Assembly (NCBI RefSeq): GCF_006345805.1 | Contig: NC_042998.1 | Location: 49,662,001 to 49,726,000 of the forward strand | Length of the DNA stretch: 64,000 nucleotides | Source of the DNA: Octopus sinensis | Lineage: Eukaryota | Reading direction: 5' to 3' | In this document: piece by piece, positions 23,336 to 36,444 of the stretch | How positions within the stretch are numbered: position 1 is the stretch's first letter | How the letters are laid out: each line of letters opens with the position of its first letter | Made by a program: the position numbers and the translations under genes | The notes under the pieces: generated by a model | The model's database searches: none | The model's input: only the letters and a program-made list of their open reading frames with translations | What the model was told of the DNA's origin: nothing

Positions 23336-23582
23336 CCTGCCGGCATCAGTTGTTGGTTGTTGGAGCACTGCATCCTTCAAAACTTCCATGCTTCCTGAGG
23401 TTCGCCAACACTACACCTGATTTTCTCCCCTCCATACACACGCAAGCATGTATCTGACTCGTACACTGTTCACTTCCCAGACATTTTTACATTACTGCAT
23501 ATGCTTTATACGCACTTTTGACGAGTTGTGGTGCACTTGAGCACTGTATACAATAATTTCATTATTATTATTATTATATTAT
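23335..23582 (+). mobile_element. CR1/L2-like LINE 3' end with (ATT)n tail
   Basis: Near-identical to 29160-29402. Confidence 0.75.
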
Positions 23583-23799
23583 GATGAGGTACCGATGAAC
23601 TGAGAGAAAACTGGTTAATAGAATAATCAGAGATAGTATTCAAGGGGCACAACTGAATGGGTATGGACATGCAAAACATATGGATAATAACAGATAGGTA
23701 AAGAAGTGCCAGGAGAACCATGGGAAAGAGACTAACAGAAGGAAAAGACTGTGGAAAATATGAGTAGAAATGACAAGAGTTAATCTCAGGATGCTGTGT

Positions 23800-24130
23800 T
23801 GCACGCCGCCGCCGTGGTGATCTCATTCTCGCCCACAACATCATAAGCGGAAAGTGTAACCTCTCGAAAGAGCTGTTCTTCACTCCTGCTCCAGAGCGTC
23901 GGCTGCGGGGTCATTCCGAAAAGCTCTACCTGCGACGATTTCATCTCAATCGAAGGAGAGGAGCTTTCTCCGTCGGGTTGCGGATCCGTGGAACAAACTG
24001 CCAGACGAGATGGTGAAGATGCCGACGACCGCTTTGTTCAAAGCCTCCCTTGACCTCAAGTGGCCTGAACTCTTTACATGAACACCACCCTGTACGTAAC
24101 TCAATGTCCCCCTACATGGCCTTGCTATTT
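23800..24130 (+). mobile_element. CR1-like LINE ORF2 C-terminus, second family
   Basis: RRRRGDLILAHNII...LRGHSEKL...RRGAFSV..DPWNKLP...FKASLD. Confidence 0.75.
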
Positions 24131-24904
24131 GCTAACTAACTAACATATCTGAGACAACAAAGTTGGATAAACAAACGTAAAATGATGAAGATATGCTGGA
24201 AAATCATTAATTTACAGGCAACCCATTACTGATGTACAACATTGATCTGCCAATAGTTTTTAACAGTGTGGAAGTGATTCTCCTTCAGCATTGGCTCAAC
24301 ATCATAACTGAGCTAACCATATTTTTTATCCAATTTCAATTTCAGTGTGGAATTTTCGTTGGGAACCAAATTGTCTAGTCAAAGGAGGCCTACAAAGACA
24401 ACAAAACTATCAATTTTTGAATTATAAAAATATAACTTATAATAATTCATGAGATGGTGTAATATCCTCTAACATCATCATCAATTTTGTGTTCACTTAC
24501 TTTACTGACATAGTTTGATCTGGTCAACCTGATCTAAGTCAGTTCTTATTCAAAGTTACCGCTACTCTACTAGACAGGTCTGAGGACCAGGTCTCACTGA
24601 AAACCTTTCATTTTTGGTATAGTTTCTGTGGTTAGATACTCTTCATAACGCTAATCACTTTACATGGTGTACTGAGTTCATTTTTCCATGGGATCATTAC
24701 TAGAGATGTTTTCATGTTTTCAGATTAACAAAAGAGTGTAGACTAAAGAATCTTGTTCCACTCATTCATTAACCATTGCTCCAGAACTGCTATGGTTGCC
24801 TTTTACTCTGCAACATTATTCATTATTCTCATCAATGTATGGTGCCTTTATTCATTCAAGGCAACATGACCAAGAATAGGTGAATGAGTGAAAGGGGTAG
24901 ATAT

Positions 24905-25100
24905 TGTCTTTTTTCTATATAGACAAAACCTGAAATTATGTGGGAAGGGACTAGTTGATTACATCCACCCCAATGCTCAATTGATACTTATTTAATTGAC
25001 CCTGAAAGGATTAAATGCTAAGTCAACCTGAGTGGAATTTGAACTCAGAATGTATAACTAGTAGAAATGCTGGAAAGCATCTTGTCTGATATGTTAAGGA
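24905..25100 (-). mobile_element. Decayed Meta-domain-like SINE
   Basis: Same core motif with CpG-decayed positions. Confidence 0.6.
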
Positions 25101-25217
25101 TTTAATTAGTGTGCTTTCTACATAAAACAATGCTACAAAAATTGGTTGGTCATATTTTGTATCTTGTGGTAACTTCTACATTATTTGAATACATTAACAC
25201 ATTTCTTTTTTATACAT

Positions 25218-25390
25218 AGGCCCAGGCGTGGCTGTGTAGTAAGAAGCTGGCTTCCCAATCACATGGGTCCAGGTTCAGTCCCACAGCATGGCACCTTGGG
25301 CAAGTGTCTTCTACTACAATCTTGGACCAACGAAAGTCTTGTGAGTGGATTTGGTAGACAAACTGAAAAGAAGCCCATCATATATATATA

Positions 25391-25439
<49 letters not shown>

Positions 25440-25459
25440 TATATGTATGTATATATGCA

Positions 25460-25507
<48 letters not shown>

Positions 25508-25920
25508 ATATAAATAATATATGAATATATACATACATATGTACATACCTACATATATATGTATATACATGCTTATATAGGTACAGGGCATCAAAACATG
25601 TTGAACACAATGAGAAACGAAAGCATAAAAACAAAAGCATAGAAACTGAACATTTTTCGAACAACATATATATATATTTGTATGTATGTGTATGTGTGTG
25701 AGTGTGTGTGTGTGTCTTTGTGTCAGTGTTTGTTCCCTCCCATCATCACTTGACAACTGGTGTTGGTGTATTTATGTCCCTGTAACTTAACGGTTCAGCA
25801 AAAGAGACTGAAAAAGTACTAGGTTTAAAAAATAAATTCTGTTCGACTGAAACCCTTCAAGGCGGTACTCCAGCATGGCTGCAGTCAAATAACTGAAACA
25901 AGTAAAAGAATAAAAGAACA
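25218..25920 (+). mobile_element. tRNA-derived SINE with expanded internal microsatellite
   Basis: GGCGTGGCTGTGTAGTAAG head, GGTTCAGTCCC B-box-like motif, ...GACTGAAACAAGTAAAAGAATAAAAG tail. Confidence 0.75.
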
Positions 25921-26574
25921 GGCAGTGTGTTGTTATTGGATCATACAAGCATATGATCACAGGCTTTCCAGCCTTGACAAATCCTCTGGCTCTCAAGCAT
26001 GCTGTCTTATATCTCTGCCTTTTCTACTGCTACTACAATGGCCTCTACACCTGGGAGGTACTTAGACCTACGCCGCCTCTACTAAGGAAATCCCATCCTA
26101 CTTGTCTGTCTTCCTCTCATCTCTTCTGTGTCCAATGTTCCAGTTTTTCCTCTCCCAAATTTCAGTCCTCTGGAATTTCATCCCTGTTCTTATCTTTCTC
26201 ACAGGTATTGACTTACTAAAGGAACATAGACATATCAGTCTCAGCAAAGCCACAGGCACTGTCCTTTCCTCAAGATCAGCAAATGTAAAGAAAGAGAAAT
26301 TTCAAATTTTGAAATGCAAAGCATATTTCGTGTGCAAGAGGAGTTGCTTCCCCTTAAATAAGTAGTCTCCCTTTGTAGCTTCACGTTTCAATGTTTTTGA
26401 CAATATACAGGTTGCCTCCCCTTAATTCAGCTGCTTCCCTTCTTTAGCTCCACATTTAAAGGTATTTTAAAAATAGGCAAGTGCGATTTAAAGGAGATTT
26501 GGCTGCTGTTTCTCGAAGATGAAGCGACCACGTAGAGGCTATGATGTATATATATATATATATCGGTCAGTATT

Positions 26575-26968
26575 TCATATGCCGGTGGCACGTAAAAGGC
26601 ACCATCCGAGCGTGGTCGTTGCCAGTGCCGCCTGACTAGCTCCCGTGCCGGTGGCATGTAAAACGCACCATTCGAGCGTGGCCGTTGCCAGTGTTGGTGA
26701 CTGGCTCCCGTGCCGGTGACACGTAAAAAGCACAGTTCAAGCGTGGTCGATGCCAGTACCACCTGACTGACCCTCGTGCCGGTGGCATATAAAAAGCACC
26801 CACTACACTCTCGGAGTGGTTGGCGTTAGGAAGGGCATCAAGCTGTAGAAACCTTGCCAGATTAGATTGGTGCCTGGTGCAGCCTCCTGGCTTGCCAGTT
26901 CTCATCCTAACCGTCCAACCCATGCCAGTATGGAAAGCGGACGTTAAACGACGACGATGATGATGATG
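26575..26968 (+). mobile_element. RTE 3'-UTR-type copy with four ~65-bp internal tandem repeats
   Basis: Repeated GCCGGTGGCACGTAAAA...GCACC units, then the common 3' end and (GAT)n. Confidence 0.8.
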
Positions 26969-27577
26969 AAGCGCACTCTAACTCCAAAGCATTGGAACAG
27001 TAATACTTACAAGATTGTTTTTTTTTATGACTGGTCAAAGAGTGATCTTTGGTTTTGCACCTAAAAAGCGCTTAGCTGTATAAACAACTCGTCAGACTCG
27101 TTGACCGGAGGCACATAGGTAGGGTGGTGCTACCGGCCAACGAGTCTGACAAGTCGCCTTTGCAGTTATGCACTTTTTAGATGCGAAACCAATGGTCACT
27201 CTCTGTCCGGCCATAACAAACAACCTTCTACACACACACACACACACACACCACACACACACACACATATATACACACGCACGCACACACACACACACAC
27301 ACACACGCATATTGATTGAGAGAGACACAGACTGGCAGGTGTGTGTGTGTGTGTGTCTACAGGTAAAATGAATGAAAACATAGCATATTGGAGAACCGGA
27401 TTATCTTTTGTAATAACGACTCTATTATTGATATTGTATTGTAATTTTGTATCTGTTCACCTTCAAAAATACTGAGTGCATGAAACACCTGGGAAAAGTT
27501 ACCAGCAATTGAATAACGCCATATCCAAGGAAAGGTTTACGTCATCCATTTGATAAACAGACTCCACAGTTGATTAG

Positions 27578-27869
27578 GTGAAGGCACATGGCCTATTAGC
27601 CAGAGCAGCGAACTCGCGTGTTCGAATTTCAGACCGGGTGATGTGTGTATTTATGAGCGAAACACCTAAGCTCCGCGCGGCTCCGGCAGAAGGTAAAGGC
27701 GAACTCCTGCTGATACTTTCGCCACAACTTTATCTCACTCTTTCCTCCTGCATCTAGCAGCTCACCTGCGACGGACCGGCGTCTCGTCAAGGTAGGGAAC
27801 CTATACGCTAATGGAACCGGGAAACCTGCCGTTATGAACCAAGCATAGCTCGAGAAGGAGCAAACGACA
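27578..27869 (+). mobile_element. tRNA SINE with V-domain-like segment and 13-bp TSD
   Basis: CACAGTTGATTAG at 27565-27577 and 27870-27882; CTGCGACGGACCGGCGTC; homologous to 40238-40545. Confidence 0.75.
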
Positions 27870-28077
27870 CACAGTTGATTAGACAGGCAGCGAGGCAGGT
27901 AGGCAGACAGGTGATCATTGTTCATAAGTTACAGAGCTTCAATAGAAATTAAAATAATGGAAGGTAGCTGGATAGGCTATATGTTCGTACAATTGTACGT
28001 TTGACCACACGTATGTATGCATGTTCGTACAATTGTATGTTTGACCACACGTATGCATGCATGCACGTACAATCGGC

Positions 28078-28778
28078 ATTCTGTTGGTTACGACGACGTG
28101 GATTCCACTTGATCTGATCAACAGAACAACCTGCTCGTGAAATTAACGTGCAAGTAGTTAAGCACTCCACAGACACGTGTACCATTAACGTAATTCTGAG
28201 GGAGATTCAGCGTGACACAGAGCGTGACAAGGCCGGCCCTTTGAAATACAGGCACTACTCATTTTTTCTAGCTGAGTGGACTAGAGCAACGTGAAATAAA
28301 GTGTCTTGCTCAAGGACACAACGTATCGCCTGAAATTGAACTCACGACCTTATAATCGTGGGCCAAATACCCTAACCACTAAGACACGCGCCTTCTGTAG
28401 GCACGTATGGACGCATGTTTGAGAGTACGCATGTTCGTACTATGTATGTACGTGTGTAAGAAGCACTCTGTCGGTTGCGACGACGAGGGTCCCAGCCGAT
28501 ACAATCAATAGAACGGCTTGCTCGTGAAATTAACGTGCAAGTGGCTGAGCACTCCGCAGACACGTGTACCCTTAACGTGATTCTCAGGGATGTTCAGCGT
28601 GACATAAAGTGTGACAAGGTCGACCCTTTGAAATACAGGTTCTACTCATTTTTGCCAGCCGAGTGACGTGGAGCAACGTGAAATAAAGTGTCTTGCTCAA
28701 GGACACGTCGCTGGGAATTGAACGCACGACTTTACGATCGTGAGCGGAATGCCCGAACCACTAAGCTACACGCCTTTA
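28078..28778 (-). mobile_element. Two tandem CORE-like tRNA SINE copies (about 28078-28397 and 28465-28778)
   Basis: Reverse complement of GTGTCCTTGAGCAAGACACTTTATTTCACGTTGCTC in both; tRNA-like heads. Confidence 0.7.
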
Positions 28779-29009
28779 CAGTACATGTCTACATACGTCT
28801 AACTCCCGTACGAACATGACCGTACGTTTCTATATACTTAGCACGTAAATATCTGCGTACGTATTGCATTCCAGACGAACCGGCTATATATTTTTTTCTT
28901 CTTTTACTTTGTTACAGTCATTTGACTGAGGCAATGTTTGGGCACCGCTTGGAAGAATTTTTAGTCGAATGAATCGGTCCCAATACATTTTTTTCGAAGC
29001 CTGGTGTTT

Positions 29010-29402
29010 CAACCATCGCACAAACAATAACTGTGAGCACCTCTTCAAACTCCACCCATCTAACACCCGTGGACATATTTACAATGTAAGAAAACAGCAC
29101 AGCTCCCATGACTTCAGGAAACATTTTTTCACGCTGAGAGTTGCTGAAGCATGGAACAAACTGCCGGCATCGGTTGTTAGTTGTCGGAGCACTGCATCCT
29201 TCAAAACGTCCATGCTTCCTGAGATTCGCCAACACTACACTTGATTTTCTCCCCTCCATACACACACAAGCATGTATCTGACTCATACACTGTTCACTTT
29301 CCAGACATTTCTACATTACTGCATGTACTTTATATGCACTTTCTGACAAGTTGTGGTGCACCTGAGCACTGTATACAATAATTTCATTATTGTATTATTA
29401 TT
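29010..29402 (+). mobile_element. CR1-like LINE 3' end
   Basis: SNTRGHIYNVRKQHSSHDFRKHFFTLRVAEAWNKLPASVVSCRSTASFKTSM* followed by 3' UTR and (ATT)n. Confidence 0.8.
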
Positions 29403-29690
29403 ACTCTATCGGCCTCTTTGCGGAACCGCTTAGTTACGGAGACAGAAACACGCCAACACCAGTTGTTAAGCGGTGGTGGGGAACAAACACAGACAGATAC
29501 CCACCCACCACACACACACATATATATATACACAGTGTGCTTCTTTCTGCTTCCGTCTACCAGATTTATTCACAAGGGTTTGGTCAGCCCGAAGCTACAG
29601 AAGAAGACAAGGTGCTACTCAGTGGGACTGAACCCGGAACCCTGTGGTTGGGAAGCAAGCGTCTTACCAACCCCCTTCCCCACACATTCT

Positions 29691-30269
29691 TTTCTACTCT
29701 AGGCAAAAGGCCTCGAAATTTTTTTGGGAGTGACCCCAGTACTTAATTTATCGATCCCGAAAGGACGAAAAGCATTGTTGACCTTGGTGGAATTTGAACT
29801 CAGAACGTAAAGATCGACGGAATACCTATTTCTTTACTACCCACAAGGGGCTAAACACAGAGGAAACAAACAAGGACAGACAAATGGATTAAGTCGATTA
29901 TATCGACCCCAGTGCGTAACTGGTATTATTTAATTGACCTCGAAAGGATGAAAGGCAAAGTCGACCTTGGTGGAATTTGAAGTCAGAACGTAGCGGCAGA
30001 CGAAATACCGCTAAGCATTTCGCCCGGCGTACTAACGTTTCTTATTTCTTTATTGCCCACATGGGACTAAACATAGAAGGGACAAACAAGGACAGTCAAA
30101 CGGATTGTCAATTACCCCCAGTGCGTAACTGGTATTTAATTTATCGACCCCGAAAGGATGAAAGGTAAAGTCGACCTCGGCGGAATTTGAACTCAGAACG
30201 TAACAGCAGACAAAATACGGCTCGCAATTCGCCCGGCATGCTAACGGTTCTGCCAACTCGCCGCCTTAC
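29691..30269 (-). mobile_element. Meta-domain-like SINE multimer
   Basis: Three head-to-tail core blocks; head GGCGGCGAG at about 30265. Confidence 0.75.
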
Positions 30270-32982
30270 ACACACATATTAATGTCTGTCTATACGTATG
30301 AGTACGTGTGTACATATGTCTGTATTTACGTATGGACATATGTATGAATGTACATTTGCGCGTGTGAAAGAAGGTGTGTGGGGACGTAGGTATGCAAGCG
30401 TCTATCTCTTACGTATGCGCGTACGTATGAAAGTGCGCACGAACTACTTACGGTACGCGCATACGTAAGGCGATACATATACCAAAACATGCATACGTCC
30501 ATTCATTCATAAGGAACTATGGAAATACGCACGCACGTATCTGCTTACTTACGCGCTTACGTCCTCGCATACACACTTACATACGTGCGTATCCTCACAC
30601 GCATGCGTATACGGACGTACGTCTGTACTGACATGTTTGCATATGCGCTTTCATATACATATAAGCATACGTTTTGACATACGAATCTACATACGTACGC
30701 ACATATGTTTTTCAATAGGTAAGTATATATATTGGCACCAACGTACACACATATATACGCTCATACATTCATGCGCAGGCATGCGCAAATACACGGAGTT
30801 ACGAACGTACGTACATTCTCACATACCTAGGTGTATACGTACCTCCATAGGGTTGCTCATACGTACGGACATATATACACACAGACGTACATATTTATTT
30901 ACAGACGTACAGACACATGTATGCACATATTTTGGCACATCGTTAAGTACTTAAGTATGCAAATTGATACTTGTATACGTAAGCGCATAGGTACATACTA
31001 ATGTATGTCCATACATTTGCGCATACAACTCATAAACTAGGGCCTTTCCATTCTATGAGTCATATACTAGCCTATCCCTCCCCATGAGTCACGGTCAAGG
31101 CAACTCCCCCAGCCTATGGGTCACAGACAACGGTTCCCCTATGAGTACGTATGTGTATGCGTATGGCTATAAGTATACCTGTACGTAAATACGTGCGTAC
31201 TTACGTATTCACGTATGTATGTACGTACGTACGCTTTAAGTACATATGCATGTATGTATGTCCGTGTGAATGAATGGACGTATGCCTGTTTTGACATATG
31301 TATCGTCTTACGTATGCGCGTACCGTATGTATGTATGTATGTATGTATGTATGTATGTATGTATGTATGTATGTATGTATGTATGTATGTATGTATGTAT
31401 GTATGTTTGTCTGTAGGTAGGTTTTACGTTCGTATATAAGGCTGTTTGCACTTACGTATGTATCTACGTTTGGATGTACGTCTATGTTATATATGGACGG
31501 ATGTATGTACGTGTGTATATAAGTAAGTACATATTCATGTATATATGTGCATATATGCCCTCATAAGTACAGTTACAGCCTTCTACAGCCCATGACATAG
31601 TTTTTACACCGTCCCCCAACGTATAAATCAGAGGCTGGAGTCATTCGAGCCTAATAATCACAGTCTAGACCTTCCCTCCAGTATATTTTTCAGTCTAAGG
31701 TCCCTATGCCTATGAGTCGGTCTAGATCTCCTCCCCAAAGCGATCACTCACAGCTGAGCTCCTTCACAGCCTATGCGTCATAGACTAGGGCTCTCTATGA
31801 GTTACGTATATACGTACTTGTCCACGTATGACACACGTTTGCTTGTACAAATATACATATACGTATGTGTAGCCGTGCGTATGCATGCACATATGTGTGC
31901 ATATCTGTACCTCTGCACTTTACATATACACGTGCATACATACGTTCGTATGCATGTATGTATGCTAGTACGTATGCATCGTAATAGATACGTAAATATA
32001 CAATTACGAATGCATGTATGTATGCATGTATTTATGCAAGTACGTATGGACGTATGTATGGTGGTAGGTATGGACGTGCGTATGATGTACTTATGCATGT
32101 ATGTTTTTATGTATGTATGGACGGATGTATGCACGTACTTATGTACGGTTGTGTGACTATGTACGCACGCAGGTATGCACGTACGTATTCAAATTCGTCC
32201 GCACATATGTCCTCGCATACGTACATACATATGCACGAAGATTAATATCGTCATACGTACGCTTATTCTTACGTGCATAATATACGAATACATACGGACA
32301 TTCGAACGCGTATGCGAATACACATACGTAAGCGAATACGTACGTACTTGATTATGGACATACGTACGCACATATATACGCAAATACCAGGGACGTGCCG
32401 CCTAAGTAGGCAAGGGAGGTAGTGCCTGCCTTGAGTAAAATAGATCGATAGCAACATTTTCCTTTTATGGCAAAATAAGAACCTAATTCAATAAAATTAT
32501 GAAGGTTACGCTGATTACTATGCGTAAAATACAAAATATTTTATTTTTATTTTTGTAGATTAGGTAGGCATAATTCGCTCCTGCCTTTCAATCTTAGTAT
32601 TAAGCTACGCTGCAGTACACGTGCTGCGTACACTCCGACAACAACGTTTTCTTTACGTGCTATAAAGGCAGAAGTAAATTTGCCTTCAACTCAGTCATGC
32701 GCCTGTGTTTCGCTTATTTTTTGTGTGTTTTACTACATAAAGGTCACCAACTGCTTACCCTGAGTAATTACCGACGGCACGTGCCTGACAAAATACGTAC
32801 ATCCATACTTGTGTGCATACGTACATCCATATCTCTGTGCATACGTACGTACACAAGTACAAACATACGTACGGTCACGTACACGCACATAGTTACGTGC
32901 GTACGTACTCACACACCTACGCATGCATTTATTCACACACGAATGCATTTATGTGCATACATATGTGCGTACATAGGTATAC

Positions 32983-33390
32983 TCTTTTACTTGTTTCAGT
33001 CATGTGACTGTGGCCATGCTGGAGCACCGCCTTTAGTCGAGCAAGTCGACCTCAGGATTTATTCTTTGTAAGTCTAATACTTATTCTATCGGTCTCTTTT
33101 GCCGAACCGCTAAGTTACGGGGACATAAACATACCAGCATCGGTTGTCAAGCGATGTGGGAGGGGGACAAACATAGACACACAAACATATACACACATAC
33201 ATATATAGATATACATATACATATATACGACGGGCTTCTTTCAGTTTCCATCTTCCAAATCCACTCACAAGGCTTTGGTTGGCCCGAGGCTATAGTAGAA
33301 GACACTTGCCCAAGGTGCCACGCAGTGAGACTGAACCCGGAACCATGTGGTTTGTAAGCAAGCTACTTACCACACAGCCACTTCTACGCC
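32983..33390 (-). mobile_element. tRNA-derived SINE (same family)
   Basis: Full head, body and tail. Confidence 0.8.
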
Positions 33391-33677
33391 TATGCGCATA
33401 TGTGCATACATTTGTACGCATATATGTACTGTACGTATATACGTCTGCTCATAAGTATTCATAAATGTACGGATATGAGTATGCTAATTCGTAAGTGCAA
33501 ATTTACTCTCATATTTAAGTATACTTGTACATACTAGTCACAGTCGAAGGGCTTTCAGTCACTGAGTCAGTCTTAGGTCAACTCATCCTATAAATCAGTG
33601 TAGGGCCTATCCACTCTGTGTCACGAATCTAGGGTCATCCTAGCCGTTGAGTCTCAGTTTGATAAACCCGAGTTTGA

Positions 33678-34074
33678 AAGGCGGCGAGCTGGCAGAAACG
33701 TTAGCACGCTGGGCGAAATGCGTAGCCGTATTTCGCCTGCCGCTACGTTCTGAGTTCAAATTCCGCCGAGGTCGACTTTGCCTTTCATCCTTTCGGGGTC
33801 GATTAAATAAGTACCAGTTACGCACTGGGGTCGATATAATCGACTTAATCCGTTTGTCTGTCCTTGTTTGTCCTCTCTGAGTTTAGCCCCTTGTGGGTAG
33901 TAAAGAAATGGGTATTTCGTCTGTCTTTACGTTCTGATTTCAAATTCCGCCAAGGTCGACTTTGCCTTTCATCCTTTCGGGGTCGATAAATTAAGCACCA
34001 GTTGCGTACTGGGGTCGATGTAATCGACTGGCCCCCTCCCCCAAAATTTTGGGCCTTGTGCCTAGAGCAGAAAA
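33678..34074 (+). mobile_element. Meta-domain-like SINE dimer
   Basis: One head followed by two body units. Confidence 0.8.
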
Positions 34075-34494
34075 GCAGAAAAGAATATACCCGAGTCTGA
34101 GTCACAATCGAGGGAACCTTGCAGTCTATGCGTCACAGTGTAAGATATTTTTTCCCAGCGTATATATACTCCTTATAGCTCTCTCAACCTATGAGTCACA
34201 GCGTAGGTTCTTCCCCACCTATGGATCACAGTCAACGGATCCCCTATGGCTCACGTATGACAGTTCGTATCTATGTACATATGCACGTACGTATGTACGC
34301 AAGTATGTACGCCTGTGTATACTTACGTATGCTTCTACATATTGAACTATGTATGTAGGTACGTAGTCTTGTATGTATATGCGTATATTTAGACGAATGT
34401 ATGGACGTACGTACACGACTACAGATGACATACATAGGCTTGTACAAATATATGTATGTGTAGCCGTTTGTGCGCACGCTCGAGTGTACGTACG

Positions 34495-35470
34495 TATTAG
34501 CGTCGGCAATGCCATTTTTAATGAGTAGCGCCAAGAAATGCAATTGTAAGGATTAGCGATAGATTTGAAAGTATAGAAAAGAATCAGGAGATGCAAATGT
34601 AGGATTTAGCGTCGAGTAATATTGTGGTAACCTTTAGCATCGGGAGAGGTAATGATAACCTTTAGCATCGAGAAAGGCAATGGTAACGATTAGCGTCGGG
34701 AAATGCAATTGCATTGATTAAATTCTTGAATGTTAATGGCAACGATAAGCTTCAAGAAATATAAATAATGGTATACAATGAAGCGACGGGAAATGTGTTA
34801 GATTTAGCTTGGGGAGACGTAATGGTAATGATTAGTGCCAGGAAATGTAATGGTCATAATCAGCGTCGAGAAAATAAGTCGTATAGATAAGTGTCGGTAA
34901 AATCAAATGTAAGGATTAGCCTCAAGAAAGAAAATCGTAACGTTTAGCGACGGGAAAGGTAATGGTTTAGATGAGCATCGGGAAAGTTGAGTGTAACGTT
35001 TAGAGTTGGTTAATATAATGGTATTGGTAACAATTAGCGTCGGGAAAGGCAAAAGTAATGAGTTGCGTCTTGAAAGTTAATGGTAACGATGAGCGTCGAC
35101 AAATTTGATGATATAGATAGAGTCGTGAAATGGAATTGTAAAGATTAACGTCAAGAAATATAAGTGTAACGAGTAGGGTCGTGAAATGTAATGGTAACGA
35201 TTAGCCCCACGAAATGCAATACCAAAGATTAAGGCCGGCAAAGGTAATAGTAACAAGTATCACCGGGAAAGGTTTTGGTATACATAACTGCCGGGAAATG
35301 CAGTTGTAAGGATTAACGCTGGAAAATGTAAGGTTACGTTAAACTTCGAGAAAATTAATGGTATAGATAGGACAATTATATATATAATTGGGGCCAATTA
35401 TATATAAGAAATCGGGGAACGTAATGGTGACGGTCAGCATCGGGAAAGGTAATAATAAGGATTAGCGTCC
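34495..35470. repeat. Degenerate 28-bp minisatellite, roughly 35 copies
   Basis: Consensus approximately GATTAGCGTCGGGAAAGGTAATGGTAAC with the period conserved. Confidence 0.8.
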
Positions 35471-35646
35471 ATAAACTGTCAATCATAGGCCATGTTTCCG
35501 TTCTAATGCTAAACCCAATGTCGCATATGCACACGGGTCCTCCGCAGTCAAAGGTGGTCTATGACCTAATGCAAAGAGCACAGCAATAATAATAATAAAA
35601 AAAAAACAAAGACAAAAACAAAAATTTGGCATTGACTTGGAACTCT

Positions 35647-35886
35647 TTTAAATCATCTGTTACATATGTTTCGGTATTCTGCAACACACGACGTCGCACG
35701 ATAGATTCACCTTATAGGGTCAGCATGAACACATCGTCAGGCAACTGAAAAAGGTACATCGTCAGATAATTGTCTGACGATGTATTTCCTTCTCATGTTG
35801 GCCCTGTGGGATATATCTAATAACTGGATTTATAATGTGACGTCATGTGTTGTAGAATACTGAAACATATGTAGAAAATGAATTAA
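35647..35886. mobile_element. Fold-back element with hammerhead-like halves
   Basis: ~50-bp outer arms, inner arms and a central 12-bp perfect palindrome TACATCGTCAGA/TCTGACGATGTA; GAAAC-ATAT-GTA in both outer arms. Confidence 0.65.
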
Positions 35887-35925
35887 AGAAACATCAAGCC
35901 AGTGGCCATGATTTTTGTCCCTGAT

Positions 35926-35926
<1 letters not shown>

Positions 35927-36014
<88 letters not shown>

Positions 36015-36024
36015 AATCTATCTA

Positions 36025-36079
<55 letters not shown>

Positions 36080-36120
36080 ATATCTATCTATTCTTCTATC
36101 TGTCTGTCTGTCTGTCTGTC

Positions 36121-36152
<32 letters not shown>

Positions 36153-36153
36153 A

Positions 36154-36198
<45 letters not shown>

Positions 36199-36203
36199 TA
36201 GAT
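35927..36203. repeat. Compound (ATCT)n/(GTCT)n/(AG)n/(AT)n microsatellite
   Basis: Direct reading. Confidence 0.95.
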
Positions 36204-36413
36204 AAAAAAAAGAATGAGTTTGGTTTAATCACAAATATAGTTGTAGGATTAAGTTACTTCCATTCGTGTGCGTAATGTCATAAGTGTACGTATATACATG
36301 TTAATAGATTAAACCTTTGACCTAAATCATTCCTTTTCTTAAAGGTGACAGCGTATAACATACATACATACATACATACATACATACATACATACATACA
36401 TACATACACACAC

Positions 36414-36444
<31 letters not shown>

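Noticed and set aside
26205-26365. Strong acceptor (TTCTTATCTTTCTCACAG) followed by a short open frame
   Set aside because: No homology and no partner exon; MOSMO is already complete
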